From a bacterium (lineage in GTDB: Bacteria > UBA8248): 64,000 bases of DNA. Positions 28,729-39,244 of this stretch are shown here, piece by piece (the stretch's first letter is position 1; every line of letters starts with the position of its first letter). The position numbers and the translations under genes are program-made. The notes under the pieces are model-generated. The model made no database searches. It had not been told where the DNA came from and was given only the letters and a program-made list of their open reading frames with translations. The DNA is taken from positions 800,001 to 864,000 of the forward strand of contig OZ241326.1 in assembly GCA_965199855.1 (NCBI GenBank), written 5' to 3'.

Positions 28729-29129
28729 TTCCTCTCCCCTGAATGTTCGCCCGTCCGCCGCCGGGACGCCGGCAGAGGATCGGGCCTCAAGTCGGGCCGC
28801 CCCTCGGCGCGTGATGAGCGGCCCAGCATCCCCGGCGTCTCCGCCGTTTCCGACTGCGCCGCGGCTTCCCTGAACGCGGCCATGAATTGATGCGGGTCGC
28901 CGCCGTATTTCTCGATGTGGCGGCGCAAGGTGGTCGCCGCTTGATGGCATACCCCGCAAAGCGCGGTGAGATCGTTCGCCGTGAGCTCCCCCGGCTTCGG
29001 ATACCGCCATGCCCAATGATGCGCTTCCTCGGCGGGCCGTAGTCCGCAGAACTGGCACCTGCCCCCGCTTCGGGCGAAGGCTTCCGCCCGCGCCGCCTCG
29101 TAATTCGGCCCGTAGGTCGATTCCTTCAT
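28470..29129 (-). CDS. HNH endonuclease (Zn-binding) with low-complexity tail overlapping the RAMP gene
   Basis: GGGAGGG RBS; RSGGRCQFCG...EAHH...DLTALCGVCH (CxxC-HH-CxxCH). Confidence 0.8.
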   Translation of the reverse strand: MKESTYGPNYEAARAEAFARSGGRCQFCGLRPAEEAHHWAWRYPKPGELTANDLTALCGVCHQAATTLRRHIEKYGGDPHQFMAAFREAAAQSETAETPGMLGRSSRAEGRPDLRPDPLPASRRRTGEHSGERKCDTESKSGASDRSSCTTARLDSTRDPLPTSRRRKSRESGGATARSPTKPGSGSSTASPVSISTRTAGLPSRKACSGRPSKRARES

Positions 29130-29237
29130 GCGCCCTCCCGAATGAGAAAAACCGAAGATAGCATAAATCGCCCGGCGCGGTGATCCGCAGGGGCGGGGGC
29201 TCGCCCCGGCCATTTTCCCGATCATCGGCGGAAGGTT

Positions 29238-29380
29238 CCGTAGGGGCGGTTCGTGAACCGCCCGTTGCGGATGTCCACGGAAAAACGGGGCGTTCACGAA
29301 CGCCCCCTACGAAATCAATCGCCGACCTGCGGGCGGGTCGCATATATGCGTGGGACGCGCCTCTTGGCGCGTCACCTACG
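29238..29380. repeat. REP-like palindrome cluster
   Basis: CGTAGGGGCGGTTCGTGAACCGCCC, inverted partner GGGGCGTTCACGAACGCCCCCTACG, and a degenerate GCATATATGC copy. Confidence 0.8.
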
Positions 29381-29494
29381 GAAGCAAATATCCCGCCCCG
29401 TGACGGACGCCCCCGCCGCGCGTGGCGTCCCCGGGGCGGGGCTGGTAGAATCGGCGCGGAACCCTTGGATACCCCAACGCGGAAGGACGCGCCC

Positions 29495-30523
29495 ATGAAG
29501 GCCATGATCCTCAAGGAGTTCGGCCGTCCGCTCGCCCTGGAGGAGGCGCCCGAGCCGCGCATCGGCCCCCGCCAGGCATTGGTGGAATCGAAGGCGAACG
29601 GGCTGTGCGCGACGGATTTGAAGATCGTGGACGGCAGCGTCAGAACCGCCCCCACCCCCCTCATGCTCGGCCACGAGAACGCCGGCGTCGTGCTGGAGAC
29701 GGGCGCGGAGGTGGAATCCGTCGCGCCCGGGGATCGCGTGGTCGTCGTGAGCAAGCAGACCTGCGGGCGCTGCCGCATGTGCCGCGCGGGGAGCGAGGAG
29801 ATGTGCCTGAACTCGCCCGGACGCCTGGGGATAGAGCTGGACGGCGGCTTCGGGCAGCTTGTCGCCGCCTCGGAGCGCAGCCTCGTCAAAATCGGCGAGA
29901 ACGTCTCCCTGGAGGCGGCCTGCCTCATCGGCGGCACGCTCGGCTCCCCGCTCCACGCCATCCGCATGGCGCGGCCCGAGCTCGGCGAGTGCGCGGTCGT
30001 GTTCGGGGCGGGCGGCCTGGGGCTGCACGCCCTGCAGATCCTCCGGCACCTGGGGGCGAACGTGATCGCCGTGGACGTGAAGGAGGAGAAGCTGGCGAAG
30101 GCGCGCGAACTCGGCGCGTTCGAGGCGGTCAACGCCGCGCGAACCGACCCGGTGAAGGCGGTGATGGACATCACGGACGGCTTCGGGGCGGACGTCGCCC
30201 TCGAAATCGTGGGAGGCGCCGCCGTCCCGCCCGTCATCCAGCAGTGCCTGGATCTGCTGCGCCCCGGCGGGCGGCTCGTCATCCTGGGCTACGCCTTCGG
30301 CCAGAAAGTGGAGATCGACCCCGCGCAGCTGGTCTATAAATGGATTCAGGTGGTCGCCTCCCACAACCACACCGTCCGCGACGTGGCCGACGCGGCGAGC
30401 CTCGTGAACGACGGACGGGTGCGCGCCGTCATCACCGAGGAGGCGCCGATGCCGGAGGCGAACGCGGCGCTCGCCGCCCTTCGCGCGGGGGATCCCGTGG
30501 GCCGCATCGTCCTGACGTGGTAG
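29495..30523 (+). CDS. Zinc-binding alcohol dehydrogenase family
   Basis: GLCATD, LGHE, CGRCRMC...C, GAGGLG. Confidence 0.92.
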   Translation: MKAMILKEFGRPLALEEAPEPRIGPRQALVESKANGLCATDLKIVDGSVRTAPTPLMLGHENAGVVLETGAEVESVAPGDRVVVVSKQTCGRCRMCRAGSEEMCLNSPGRLGIELDGGFGQLVAASERSLVKIGENVSLEAACLIGGTLGSPLHAIRMARPELGECAVVFGAGGLGLHALQILRHLGANVIAVDVKEEKLAKARELGAFEAVNAARTDPVKAVMDITDGFGADVALEIVGGAAVPPVIQQCLDLLRPGGRLVILGYAFGQKVEIDPAQLVYKWIQVVASHNHTVRDVADAASLVNDGRVRAVITEEAPMPEANAALAALRAGDPVGRIVLTW

Positions 30524-30589
30524 GGCGGGGCGCGGGGCGGCGCGTCAACAGGAGGACGCCGACCAGGAAGGGCATTCGGGGGAGGGAGC

Positions 30590-31981
30590 ATGGGACACCG
30601 GATTGAGACGGACAGCATGGGCGAAATCGAGGTTCCCGAGGACAGATACTACGGGGCGCAGACCGCGCGCTCGCTGATTCACTTCCGCATCGGGGGCGAC
30701 CGCTTCCCCCGGGAGATCATCCGCGCCCTGGGGATTCTCAAGAAGGCCGCGGCGCAGACGAACGAGGAGCTCGGCATCCTGCCGTCCGAGAAGGCCGCCC
30801 TCATCGTCCGGGCGGCGGAGGAGGTCATCTCGGGCGCGCTCGACGAGCATTTTCCCCTCGTCGTGTGGCAGACGGGCAGCGGCACGCAGACGAACATGAA
30901 CGCCAACGAGGTGATCGCCAACCGCGCCATCGAGCTGGCGGGCGGGCGGATGGGGGCGAAGGCGCCGATTCACCCGAACGACGACGTGAACAAGGCGCAG
31001 TCCTCGAACGACACCTTTCCCACGGCGATGCACGTCGCGGCGGGCGAGCGAATCAGCGCGCGGCTCCTGCCCGCCGCGGGCGCGCTCCGGGACACCCTCT
31101 CGGCGAAGGCGGAGGAATTCCGGGAGATCATCAAAATCGGGCGCACCCACCTGATGGACGCCGTCCCCCTCACCCTGGGGCAGGAGTTCTCCGGCTACGC
31201 CCGGCAGCTCGAAAACGGAATCGCCCGCGTGGAAGCCTCCCTCGACGGCCTCTACGAGCTCGCCCTCGGCGGGACGGCGGTGGGAACCGGCCTCAACACG
31301 CACCCGGAGTTCGCGGAGCGCGCCGCCGCCAGAATCGCCGAGATGACGGGGCTTCCCTTCCGCAGCGCGCCCAACAAGTTCGAGGCGCTCGCCGCGCACG
31401 ACGCGGTCGTCTTCGCCAGCGGGGCGCTCAAGACCCTCGCCGCCTCCCTGATGAAGATCGCCAACGACGTGCGGATGCTCGCCTCGGGCCCCCGGTGCGG
31501 CGTGGGCGAGCTGCGCATCCCCGAGAACGAGCCGGGCAGCTCCATCATGCCCGGCAAGGTGAACCCCACCCAGAGCGAGGCGATGACGATGGTCTGCGCC
31601 CAGGTGATGGGCAACGACGTGGCCGTGAACATAGGCGGGGCGACGGGGCACTTCGAGCTCAACGTGTTCAAGCCGCTCATGATCTTCAACCTGCTCAACT
31701 CGACGCGCCTGCTCGCGGACGCCTGCGATTCGTTCGACGTCCACTGCGCCCGCGGCATCGAGCCCGACCGGCCCGCCATAGACGCCCACCTCGAAAACTC
31801 GCTCATGCTGGTGACCGCCCTCAACCCCGTCATCGGCTACGACAGCGCGGCGAAGGTGGCGAAAAAGGCGTTCGCCGAGGGAGGCACCCTGCGCGAGGCC
31901 GCCCTCGCCCTCGGCCTGCTCACCGGCGAGGAGTTCGACGAGGCGGTAAGACCGGAGAAGATGATCGGGCCGGCGGACTAG
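30590..31981 (+). CDS. fumC: Class II fumarate hydratase
   Basis: [33 protein letters not shown]. Confidence 0.97.
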   Translation: MGHRIETDSMGEIEVPEDRYYGAQTARSLIHFRIGGDRFPREIIRALGILKKAAAQTNEELGILPSEKAALIVRAAEEVISGALDEHFPLVVWQTGSGTQTNMNANEVIANRAIELAGGRMGAKAPIHPNDDVNKAQSSNDTFPTAMHVAAGERISARLLPAAGALRDTLSAKAEEFREIIKIGRTHLMDAVPLTLGQEFSGYARQLENGIARVEASLDGLYELALGGTAVGTGLNTHPEFAERAAARIAEMTGLPFRSAPNKFEALAAHDAVVFASGALKTLAASLMKIANDVRMLASGPRCGVGELRIPENEPGSSIMPGKVNPTQSEAMTMVCAQVMGNDVAVNIGGATGHFELNVFKPLMIFNLLNSTRLLADACDSFDVHCARGIEPDRPAIDAHLENSLMLVTALNPVIGYDSAAKVAKKAFAEGGTLREAALALGLLTGEEFDEAVRPEKMIGPAD

Positions 31982-32189
31982 GACAAGGGCCGCTTCGCGC
32001 GGGCGGGGCGATTGCGCGGAACAAAGCCGCAAATCGCCGGCGGACGGCATCAACGAAACGGACGGCCTCTAGGGACGCGCTGCCAAGCGCTACTTCCTCT
32101 CCCGATGCCGCCTCAAAAGTCCGGTTTCAGCAACAATACCACATAAACACGTCCTGGCTTCCAAGCGTTCGCGCGGGGCGGATATGCAA

Positions 32190-34886
32190 TCAGCCCTCCC
32201 CGCTCTTCAGGAGCTGGCGCAGGACGTATTGCAGGATGCCGCCGTGGCGGTAGTAGGCGGCCTCGTTGGGGGTGTCGATGCGGACGATCGCGCTGAAGAC
32301 GACGGGCGCGCCGCCGCCCTCGGGCGCCGCCGTAACCCGCGCCTCCTTCGCCTCGCCTCCGGCCAGCCCCTCGACGTCGAACGTCTCCCGGCCCGTGAGG
32401 CCCAGCCCCTCCGCCGTGTCGCCCGGCCTGAACTGGAGCGGCAGCACGCCCATGCCGACCAGATTCGAGCGGTGGATGCGCTCGAAGCTCTCGGCGATGA
32501 CGGCGCGCACGCCCAGAAGGCTCGACCCCTTGGCCGCCCAGTCGCGCGAGGAGCCCGTGCCGTATTCCTTCCCGCCCAGGATGACGAGCGGAACGCCCGC
32601 CTCCCGATACCGCATCGCCGCGTCGTAGATGGGCATGACCTCGCCCGTCGGGAAATGGGTGGTGAAGCCGCCCTCGGTGCCCGGCGCCGCCCTGTTGCGC
32701 AGGCGCACGTTCGAGAAGGTCCCGCGCGTCATCACCTCGTGGTTTCCGCGCCTCGAGCCGTAGGAGTTGAAGTCGGCGGGCAGGACGTCGCTGCGCACCA
32801 GAAACTCGCCGGCCGGGCCGTCGCGCTTGATGGCGCCGGCGGGCGAGATGTGATCCGTCGTCACCGAATCGCCCAGAAGCGCGAGGCAGCGCGCCCCCTT
32901 CACGTCCTCCACCGGGTCGGGCTCCGGCTTCATGCCGTCGAAGTAGGGCGCGCGGCGGATGTAGGTGGACATGTCGTCCCAGGCGAAGAGGCCGCCCTCG
33001 GGCGTGGGGATGCCCTGCCAGCGCAGATCGCCCCGGAACGCGCCGCCGTAGCTCCTGCGGAACATGTCCGCCTTCACGTGGCGCATCACGGCGTCCTGAA
33101 TCTCCGCCCGCGTGGGCCAGATGTCGCGCAGATAGACCGGGCGGCCCTCCGCGTCCTCGCCGAGGGGCTCCTTCGCCATGTCGATGTCCATGCGGCCGGC
33201 GATGGCGTAGGCGACCACGAGGGGGGGCGAGGCCAGGAAGTTCATGCGCACCTCGGCGTGCACGCGGCCCTCGAAGTTCCTGTTGCCCGAGAGCACCGCG
33301 CAGGCCACGAGGTCGCCCTCGGCCACCGCCTTCGAGACGGGATCGGGCAGGGGGCCCGAGTTCCCGATGCAGGTGGTGCAGCCGTAGCCCACGTTGTGGA
33401 AGCCGAGCGCCTCGAGGTGCGGGGTGAGGCCCGCGCTTTCGAGGTATTCCGTCACGACCATGGAGCCGGGCGCCAGCGAGGTCTTCACCCAGGGCTTGAC
33501 GCTCAGCCCCCGCTCGACCGCCTTCTTCGCCGCCAGGCCCGCCCCCAGCATCACGGAGGGGTTCGAGGTGTTGGTGCAGCTCGTGATGGCGGCGATGACG
33601 ACCGCCCCGTGCGTCATCTCGTAGGTCTTCGTCCCGTCCCGGACGGCGACCCTGGGGGGGGCGACGGCCGTCCCGCCGCCGGAGTCGCCCAGCATCCCCT
33701 CCAGCTCGCGCTCGAAGGCGTCCCTGGCGCCGCTCAGCGCGATGCGATCCTGCGGGCGCCGGGGGCCGGAGATGCTGGGAACCACGGCTCCCAGGTCGAG
33801 TTCGAGGGAGTCGCTGTAGATCGCCTCGGGCGCGTCCGCCTCCCGGAACATCCCCTGCGCCCGCGCGTAGGCCTCGACGAGGGCGACCTGCTCCGCCGGC
33901 CGGTTCGTGAGCTCGAGATACCGGATCGTCTCCCCGTCGATGGGGAAGATGCCGCAGGTCGCGCCGTATTCGGGCGCCATGTTGGCGATGGTCGCGCGAT
34001 CCGCCAGGGGCAGGCCGTCCAGGCCCGGGCCGTAGAACTCCACGAACTTGCCCACCACCCCCTTCTCCCGCAGCGTCTGCACCACCGCGAGAACGAGGTC
34101 GGTGGCCGTGGCGCCTTCCGCCAGAACGCCCGAGAGCCTGAAGCCCACCACGTCGGGAATCAGCATCGAGTAGGGCTGGCCCAGCATGGCGGCCTCCGCC
34201 TCGATGCCGCCCACCCCCCAGCCCAGGACGCCCAGGCCGTTGATCATCGTGGTGTGGGAGTCCGTGCCCACGACGGTGTCGGGAAAGGCGCGGAGGACGC
34301 CCCCCTTCTCGTCCGTCCCCACCACGGGCGCGAGGAATTCGAGGTTCACCTGGTGGACGATGCCGGTGTCCGGCGGCACCGCCCGGAAGTTGTCGAACGC
34401 CCCCTGCGCCCACCGGAGAAAGGCGTAGCGCTCCGTGTTGCGCTCGTATTCGAGGCGCGCGTTGTTCTCGAGCGCCGTCGGCGCGCCGAACTCGTCCACC
34501 TGGACGGAGTGGTCGATCACCAGATCGACGGGCTGGAGGGGGTTGATGAGGTCGGGGTCGCCCCCCAGCGCCTTCATGGCGTCGCGCATGGCGGCGAGGT
34601 CCACCACGACGGGAACGCCCGTGAAGTCCTGGAGGAGGACGCGGCTGGGCATGAAGCCGATCTCCTTCGCCGGGTTCTCCCTCGCGTCCCAGGAGGCGAG
34701 CGCCTCGACGTCCGCCGCGCGCGCGGAGCGTCCGTCCTCGCTTCTGAGGAGGTTCTCCAGCAGCACCTTCATGGCGAAGGGAAGACGGGCGACGTCGCCC
34801 CTGTCCTTCAGGGCGTCGATCCGGTAGATCTCGTAGGTTTTCCCGTCCACGTCGAGCGCGGAGCGGGCGCCGAAGCTGTCGTTCAT
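32190..34886 (-). CDS. acnA: Aconitate hydratase A
   Basis: [50 protein letters not shown]. Confidence 0.97.
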   Translation of the reverse strand: MNDSFGARSALDVDGKTYEIYRIDALKDRGDVARLPFAMKVLLENLLRSEDGRSARAADVEALASWDARENPAKEIGFMPSRVLLQDFTGVPVVVDLAAMRDAMKALGGDPDLINPLQPVDLVIDHSVQVDEFGAPTALENNARLEYERNTERYAFLRWAQGAFDNFRAVPPDTGIVHQVNLEFLAPVVGTDEKGGVLRAFPDTVVGTDSHTTMINGLGVLGWGVGGIEAEAAMLGQPYSMLIPDVVGFRLSGVLAEGATATDLVLAVVQTLREKGVVGKFVEFYGPGLDGLPLADRATIANMAPEYGATCGIFPIDGETIRYLELTNRPAEQVALVEAYARAQGMFREADAPEAIYSDSLELDLGAVVPSISGPRRPQDRIALSGARDAFERELEGMLGDSGGGTAVAPPRVAVRDGTKTYEMTHGAVVIAAITSCTNTSNPSVMLGAGLAAKKAVERGLSVKPWVKTSLAPGSMVVTEYLESAGLTPHLEALGFHNVGYGCTTCIGNSGPLPDPVSKAVAEGDLVACAVLSGNRNFEGRVHAEVRMNFLASPPLVVAYAIAGRMDIDMAKEPLGEDAEGRPVYLRDIWPTRAEIQDAVMRHVKADMFRRSYGGAFRGDLRWQGIPTPEGGLFAWDDMSTYIRRAPYFDGMKPEPDPVEDVKGARCLALLGDSVTTDHISPAGAIKRDGPAGEFLVRSDVLPADFNSYGSRRGNHEVMTRGTFSNVRLRNRAAPGTEGGFTTHFPTGEVMPIYDAAMRYREAGVPLVILGGKEYGTGSSRDWAAKGSSLLGVRAVIAESFERIHRSNLVGMGVLPLQFRPGDTAEGLGLTGRETFDVEGLAGGEAKEARVTAAPEGGGAPVVFSAIVRIDTPNEAAYYRHGGILQYVLRQLLKSGEG

Positions 34887-35116
34887 GGCTCACCTCGCTC
34901 GATTCGGGCGGACGCCGCGCCTCCCCCCGAAAGCCGCCGGGAAAGCGGAGCCGCCGCCTCAGGCGCCCGCCTCGCCCGAAGCCGCCGGAGGGCGAATCGG
35001 GGCGAGGGCCGCCGCCTGCTGAATCATATCGGGTTAAAGAAAAAACGAACCTTCCACTCCGCCATCATACCACAGACGCGCGGGCGGGACGAGGGCGGCC
35101 GGGGCGCGAGGACGGC

Positions 35117-35542
35117 TCAGGCCTCCTTCACGACCATGTAGGTGGCCGAGGCGAAGCAGACGAGCCTCTCCGCGTCATCGAGAATCCGCACCTCCCACAC
35201 CGAGGTCTTTCGTCCCAGGTGGAGGGCCTTCGCCTCGCCGATGATCGCGCCCTCCGAGACGGGGCGGATGAAGTTGACCTTGAGCTCCACCGTCGCCATT
35301 TCCGTTCCGGCCGGGCGGCTCACGTAGCTGCCCACCCCGCCCGCGGCGTCGGCGAGGCTCGCCAGCGCGCCGCCGTGCGCGATCCCGAAGGGCTGGAGCA
35401 GCCTCGGCTCGAGCGGCATCCGGAGGCGGGCGAATCCCCTTCGGGCGTCGAGAATCTCGAAGCCCATGAGGTCGTTGAAATTCCCCCGCCAGCGCGACCG
35501 GAATACCCGCTCGACCTCCTCCCTGCTCCAGGACTTCTCCAT
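35117..35542 (-). CDS. PaaI-family thioesterase
   Basis: LQPFGIAHGGALASLAD, TVELKVNFIRP. Confidence 0.9.
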   Translation of the reverse strand: MEKSWSREEVERVFRSRWRGNFNDLMGFEILDARRGFARLRMPLEPRLLQPFGIAHGGALASLADAAGGVGSYVSRPAGTEMATVELKVNFIRPVSEGAIIGEAKALHLGRKTSVWEVRILDDAERLVCFASATYMVVKEA

Positions 35543-35681
35543 CGGCGGCCTCCGGGCGCGCGTCCGCCCCGCCGGAGGGGCGAGAATGCGCGCGGCGGAT
35601 GAAAGGGATGACCCGAAGACGCTCCCGGGGGGATCGACACCGGCCGAAGCCGTTCGCCCGCTCGCGGGAGCGAAGGCGCGC

Positions 35682-35996
35682 TCAGCCGAAGATCTGCGTC
35701 GGCACGCGCCCCCAGGCGGACGGGTCGGTGAGGATGCCGCCCTCCGCCTCCTCGTAGGAGAAGAAGAGGATTTCGGTTTCCGTCTTCGCGCCCTTCTTCT
35801 CCAGGCGCCGCACGGTGATGGTCGGAACGTGGACGCCCAGCTCGAAATTCTTCGCGTGGCTCACCGAAACGCCCGCCCCGAACTTGGCGGCGCAGCGCTC
35901 GAGCTGCTCCCTCGTCGTCCGCACCCGCCCGTCGGCGAGAATCTCCCCGCCGAAGTTCTCCGTGAGATCGACCGCAAAAACGTCCGGCTCCAGCAT
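35682..35996 (-). CDS. Hypothetical protein
   Basis: GGGGAG RBS and host-like codon usage; no family recognised. Confidence 0.65.
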   Translation of the reverse strand: MLEPDVFAVDLTENFGGEILADGRVRTTREQLERCAAKFGAGVSVSHAKNFELGVHVPTITVRRLEKKGAKTETEILFFSYEEAEGGILTDPSAWGRVPTQIFG

Positions 35997-36119
35997 GATG
36001 GCGCGTTCTCCCCTGAATTTTCCCGGTGAAAGAAGCCGCGGCGCGCCCTCCCGAAAGCGGCGCGCGAGCGCGGAGTCTAGCAGAAGGAGGGGGCGGGCGA
36101 AAAGGCCGGGCGCGCGCGC

Positions 36120-36893
36120 CTACCAGTCCCAGAAGAGCGTGTAGGCGCGGCCGGTGACGGGGCGGCGCTCCTCCCATTCGAGGCGGGTCCGCCCCGTCTC
36201 GCCCAGGACGCGGGGATAGACCCTTCGCTTGTTGAAGCTGTTGGACGCCCCCTGGGACTCCTCGCGCCGCGCGCCCGCCACCTTGCGCCCGGCGGGCAGG
36301 AGGACTTCCAGGCGAAACGCCTCGGTGGGATACCCCACCACGAGGGTGACCCATTCGTTGCGCGCGGTGAAGGCGTCGCGCAGGCGCGCGCGGTGGCGCA
36401 GCTCGAACGCCTCCCCCTGGCGAATCGGCTCGGGCAGGGGGAAGCTGGCGGAATAGTCCGCCCCCCCCGCCTCCTCGACGCGGCGCTCGAGCGGGGTCCA
36501 GCCGCCCTCCCCGCCCTCTTCCTCCCGGAGGAGCCGGTAGTCGTAGGAAGCCTCGCGCGCGCCGCTTCCGGTGTGGTAGCGCGTCCTGAGCTGCGTCAGA
36601 CGCCTGAGCGCCGCGCACCGGCGAACGCTCTCCATGCGCGCGCGCGCGCCCTGAACGTCCTCTATCACGTAGGAGCGGACGTTCAGCAGCACGCGGTAGT
36701 CGTAGGCGCCCTCCTCGCCGGCCGCGTCCGAAGCCGGGGCGTCCGGCGCGGGCAGCGCCTCCTCGACGCGCCGCAGGCGCGCCTCGAGCGCGTCCATCTT
36801 CCCCGAAAACTCCTCCTGCCGCGCGAGCATGGAGGAGACGCCGCTGGAGAGCGCGTCGAGCAGGCTTTTCAGCTCGGAATCGCTCGCCGCCAT
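36120..36893 (-). CDS. Hypothetical protein (N-terminal coiled coil, C-terminal beta-rich domain)
   Basis: Heptad-like N-terminus; ends RPVTGRAYTLFWDW; host-like codon usage. Confidence 0.7.
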   Translation of the reverse strand: MAASDSELKSLLDALSSGVSSMLARQEEFSGKMDALEARLRRVEEALPAPDAPASDAAGEEGAYDYRVLLNVRSYVIEDVQGARARMESVRRCAALRRLTQLRTRYHTGSGAREASYDYRLLREEEGGEGGWTPLERRVEEAGGADYSASFPLPEPIRQGEAFELRHRARLRDAFTARNEWVTLVVGYPTEAFRLEVLLPAGRKVAGARREESQGASNSFNKRRVYPRVLGETGRTRLEWEERRPVTGRAYTLFWDW

Positions 36894-37034
36894 GTTCGCC
36901 CATCCCCCTGAGTCCGCGCTCGCCGCCTTCCTCCCTCCGGCGGGCGTCGGGGAGAGTGTATAGCAACATCCCCCGCGCCCGCCAACCAGCCCGCGGAGCC
37001 GCGCCTACGGCCCCTCATTCATGGACAACCATCC

Positions 37035-37476
37035 CCGTAGGGGCGGTTCGCGCGCCGCCCGCATTCCCGAATCCTCGGCGGCGACGAGGGCGGCTCGCGC
37101 GCCGCCCCTACGAAACCATGAAACCGCGCATGGATTGACCGGGAACGCCCGTTCGCCGCCGCGCGCCCCGGTTCCGGATTCCGGCCTTCGCCGGAATGAC
37201 GGGTTTTGCGGCGGCGCGCGCCGGAGGGGAAATCCTCGTTGCCGTCTCGATGTTGTTCCCTGTCAGATCGAAGGGGCACCGGGGTTGGCCCTTTCGCCGT
37301 CATTCGCGCATTTCGATTGTAGGGGCGGTTCGGGAACCGCCCGCGCCGCAAACGGGAACGGCGCGGGACGCATGAATGGAAACGCTCTCGCGTTTCACCT
37401 ACGAAACCATGAAACCCGCATCGCCCCCCGCAGGGGGCATCCCCGGCCGTCATTCCGGCGAAGGCCGGAATCCAGG
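37035..37476. repeat. REP/BIME-like palindrome cluster
   Basis: GTAGGGGCGGTTCG..CCGCCC copies near 37035, 37088 (inverted) and 37318; CGTCATTCCGGCGAAGGCCGGAATCC near 37448 and inverted near 37176. Confidence 0.85.
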
Positions 37477-37853
37477 GTTTGGTTTATGACCGCCCCGCCG
37501 GGACGATTCCTCCGCCCCGTCGGAATCGATCGCGCATTTGCCCGCATTTGCGCCTGTCGGGCTTCCCCGAGAATGCGCGAGAATCCGCCGCGAGAGGGAG
37601 GAGGCGAACGCATGGACTTCGGGAAGCGGATGATGACGAAGGCGAAGGCGTGGGTCAGGGCGTTTTTCGTCCCGCGCCGTTCCCGCGTCGTCAATCTCGG
37701 CGAGGAGGCAAGATTGCGGAATCCGGGGGTTGTCGTCCGGCGACGGGCGATTCGCGAATCGTGGGGCTGCCCCGATGAAGGGTCGCCCCTGCGCGTTTCA
37801 GGCGCGACGCGCGCGCTCCGTTCGCGCCATGATGAAAACGATTCCGTTTTCGA

Positions 37854-37913
37854 CAAAATCCGACAAATTCACGGCCTTATCCCGCAAATTCACGCCTTTT
37901 TTCGACAAATTCA
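37854..37913 (+). repeat. Phased CAAATTCA direct repeats
   Basis: Copies at 37854 (degenerate), 37864, 37885 and 37906, followed by AT-rich AAGTCATTGAAAATAAA. Confidence 0.7.
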
Positions 37914-38139
37914 AGACCCTTCGGAGCGCGGAAAAAATATCAAGTCATTGAAAATAAACGGATTATATGGATCAAGAGGCTCCCGGAGAGGTCATTTCAC
38001 GCGGCCGCGGCGTTTGCGCGCATCTGCCCGCATCCGCGCATGGAACGCCCGGCCGTCTTGCCGCGCCCGGGGTTTCCTGCTACATATCCCTCTCCGAAAC
38101 GGAAGCATTCCCATCGCCTGCGGGGAGGAGCGGGGCGCG

Positions 38140-39225
38140 GTGTCGAACGAGGAGATCATCGACGAATTCATCGAGAAGACGGCGGCGCTGAACGGACGAA
38201 AGGTGCGCGAGCGCGAGGCGTGGAACAACGAGGCGAGCGCGGACGCCATCCGCCACTTCGCCTACGGCATCGACGACGACAACCCGCTCTGGCTGGACGC
38301 GGAATACGCCTCGCGCACCCGGCACGGAACCCTCCTCGCGCCGCCGGCGTTCCTGGCGTCGGCGCTCTACCCGATTCTGCACGGCGCGCCCATGGCGGCG
38401 CCTCTCTCCTCGCTCATCGGGGGCGTCGAATACGAGTGGAGCAGGACCATCCCGGTAGGCGCCAGGCTGCGCGCCGAGTCCATCCAGAAGGACTCATACG
38501 TCAAGACGAACAGGGCCGGCCGCCGGCTCATCTTCATCATCTCCGAATGCAGCTACTGGAACGAGAAGGAGGAGATCGTCGGCAGGGCGACGGGCACGAT
38601 GATCCGCGCCCCCCAGGAGGGGAACGCGCTTCTCTACGACAGGCCGATCAAGAAATACGACGAGGCGGAATGGCGGGAGATCGAGAGCGCCTACGAGGCC
38701 GAGGAGCGCAGGGGCGGCGAGAAGCGCCGCTTCGGGGACGTCTCCGTGGGCGACGAACTCCCGTCCATGATTCGAGGCCCCCTCACCATCGGCGACATGG
38801 TGGCCTGGAACGCGGGCAACGGCCCCTCCTACAGGGCGGGCAGGCGCGGCTACCTCGACCTCGGGAAGGCGCCGCACAACGCCGTCCTCATCCCCCAGAT
38901 CGGGATGCGGGTGAAGAACTCCCAGCAGCACGAGGACTTCAACCTCGCCTCGGGGCGCGGGATGCCGGGCCCCTTCGACAACGGCGTCATGCGCTTCGCC
39001 TGGGTGAGCCCCTTCATCACCAACTGGATGGGGGACGACGCCTTTTTGGAAAGCCTCTACGTCCAGGTGCGCCGCCCGATGATCTACGGGGACGTCATCC
39101 GGCACGCGGGCAGGGTGGTCGAGAAGAACGAGGCCGACGGCACCGTCAAGGTCGAGATTGCCGGAAAAAACCAGGAGGGCGAACTCGCGACGGCGGGCCG
39201 CGCCGTCGTCCGCCTCCCCGCGTGA
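38140..39225 (+). CDS. Double hotdog-fold (FAS1-like/MaoC) dehydratase
   Basis: GTG after GGGGAGGAG; DAIRHFAYGIDDDNPLW, APPAF, second domain GMPGPFDNG...NWMGD. Confidence 0.87.
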   Translation: MSNEEIIDEFIEKTAALNGRKVREREAWNNEASADAIRHFAYGIDDDNPLWLDAEYASRTRHGTLLAPPAFLASALYPILHGAPMAAPLSSLIGGVEYEWSRTIPVGARLRAESIQKDSYVKTNRAGRRLIFIISECSYWNEKEEIVGRATGTMIRAPQEGNALLYDRPIKKYDEAEWREIESAYEAEERRGGEKRRFGDVSVGDELPSMIRGPLTIGDMVAWNAGNGPSYRAGRRGYLDLGKAPHNAVLIPQIGMRVKNSQQHEDFNLASGRGMPGPFDNGVMRFAWVSPFITNWMGDDAFLESLYVQVRRPMIYGDVIRHAGRVVEKNEADGTVKVEIAGKNQEGELATAGRAVVRLPA

Positions 39226-39244
39226 GGCGCGAGGCGGCGAAGCC

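Noticed and set aside
29130-29200. Self-target of the arrays in the locus promoter
   Set aside because: By eye neither NN string matches here, contiguously or with 1-nt gaps; a full computational scan is still needed.
28729-30282. 717-aa ORF 28129-30282 as one protein
   Set aside because: The upstream part is antisense to the ADH gene and crosses REPs; the real start is the ATG at 28728 with its own RBS.
37021-37611. N-terminal part of the 734-aa ORF 37021-39225
   Set aside because: It runs through REP palindromes; the dehydratase begins at GTG 38140.
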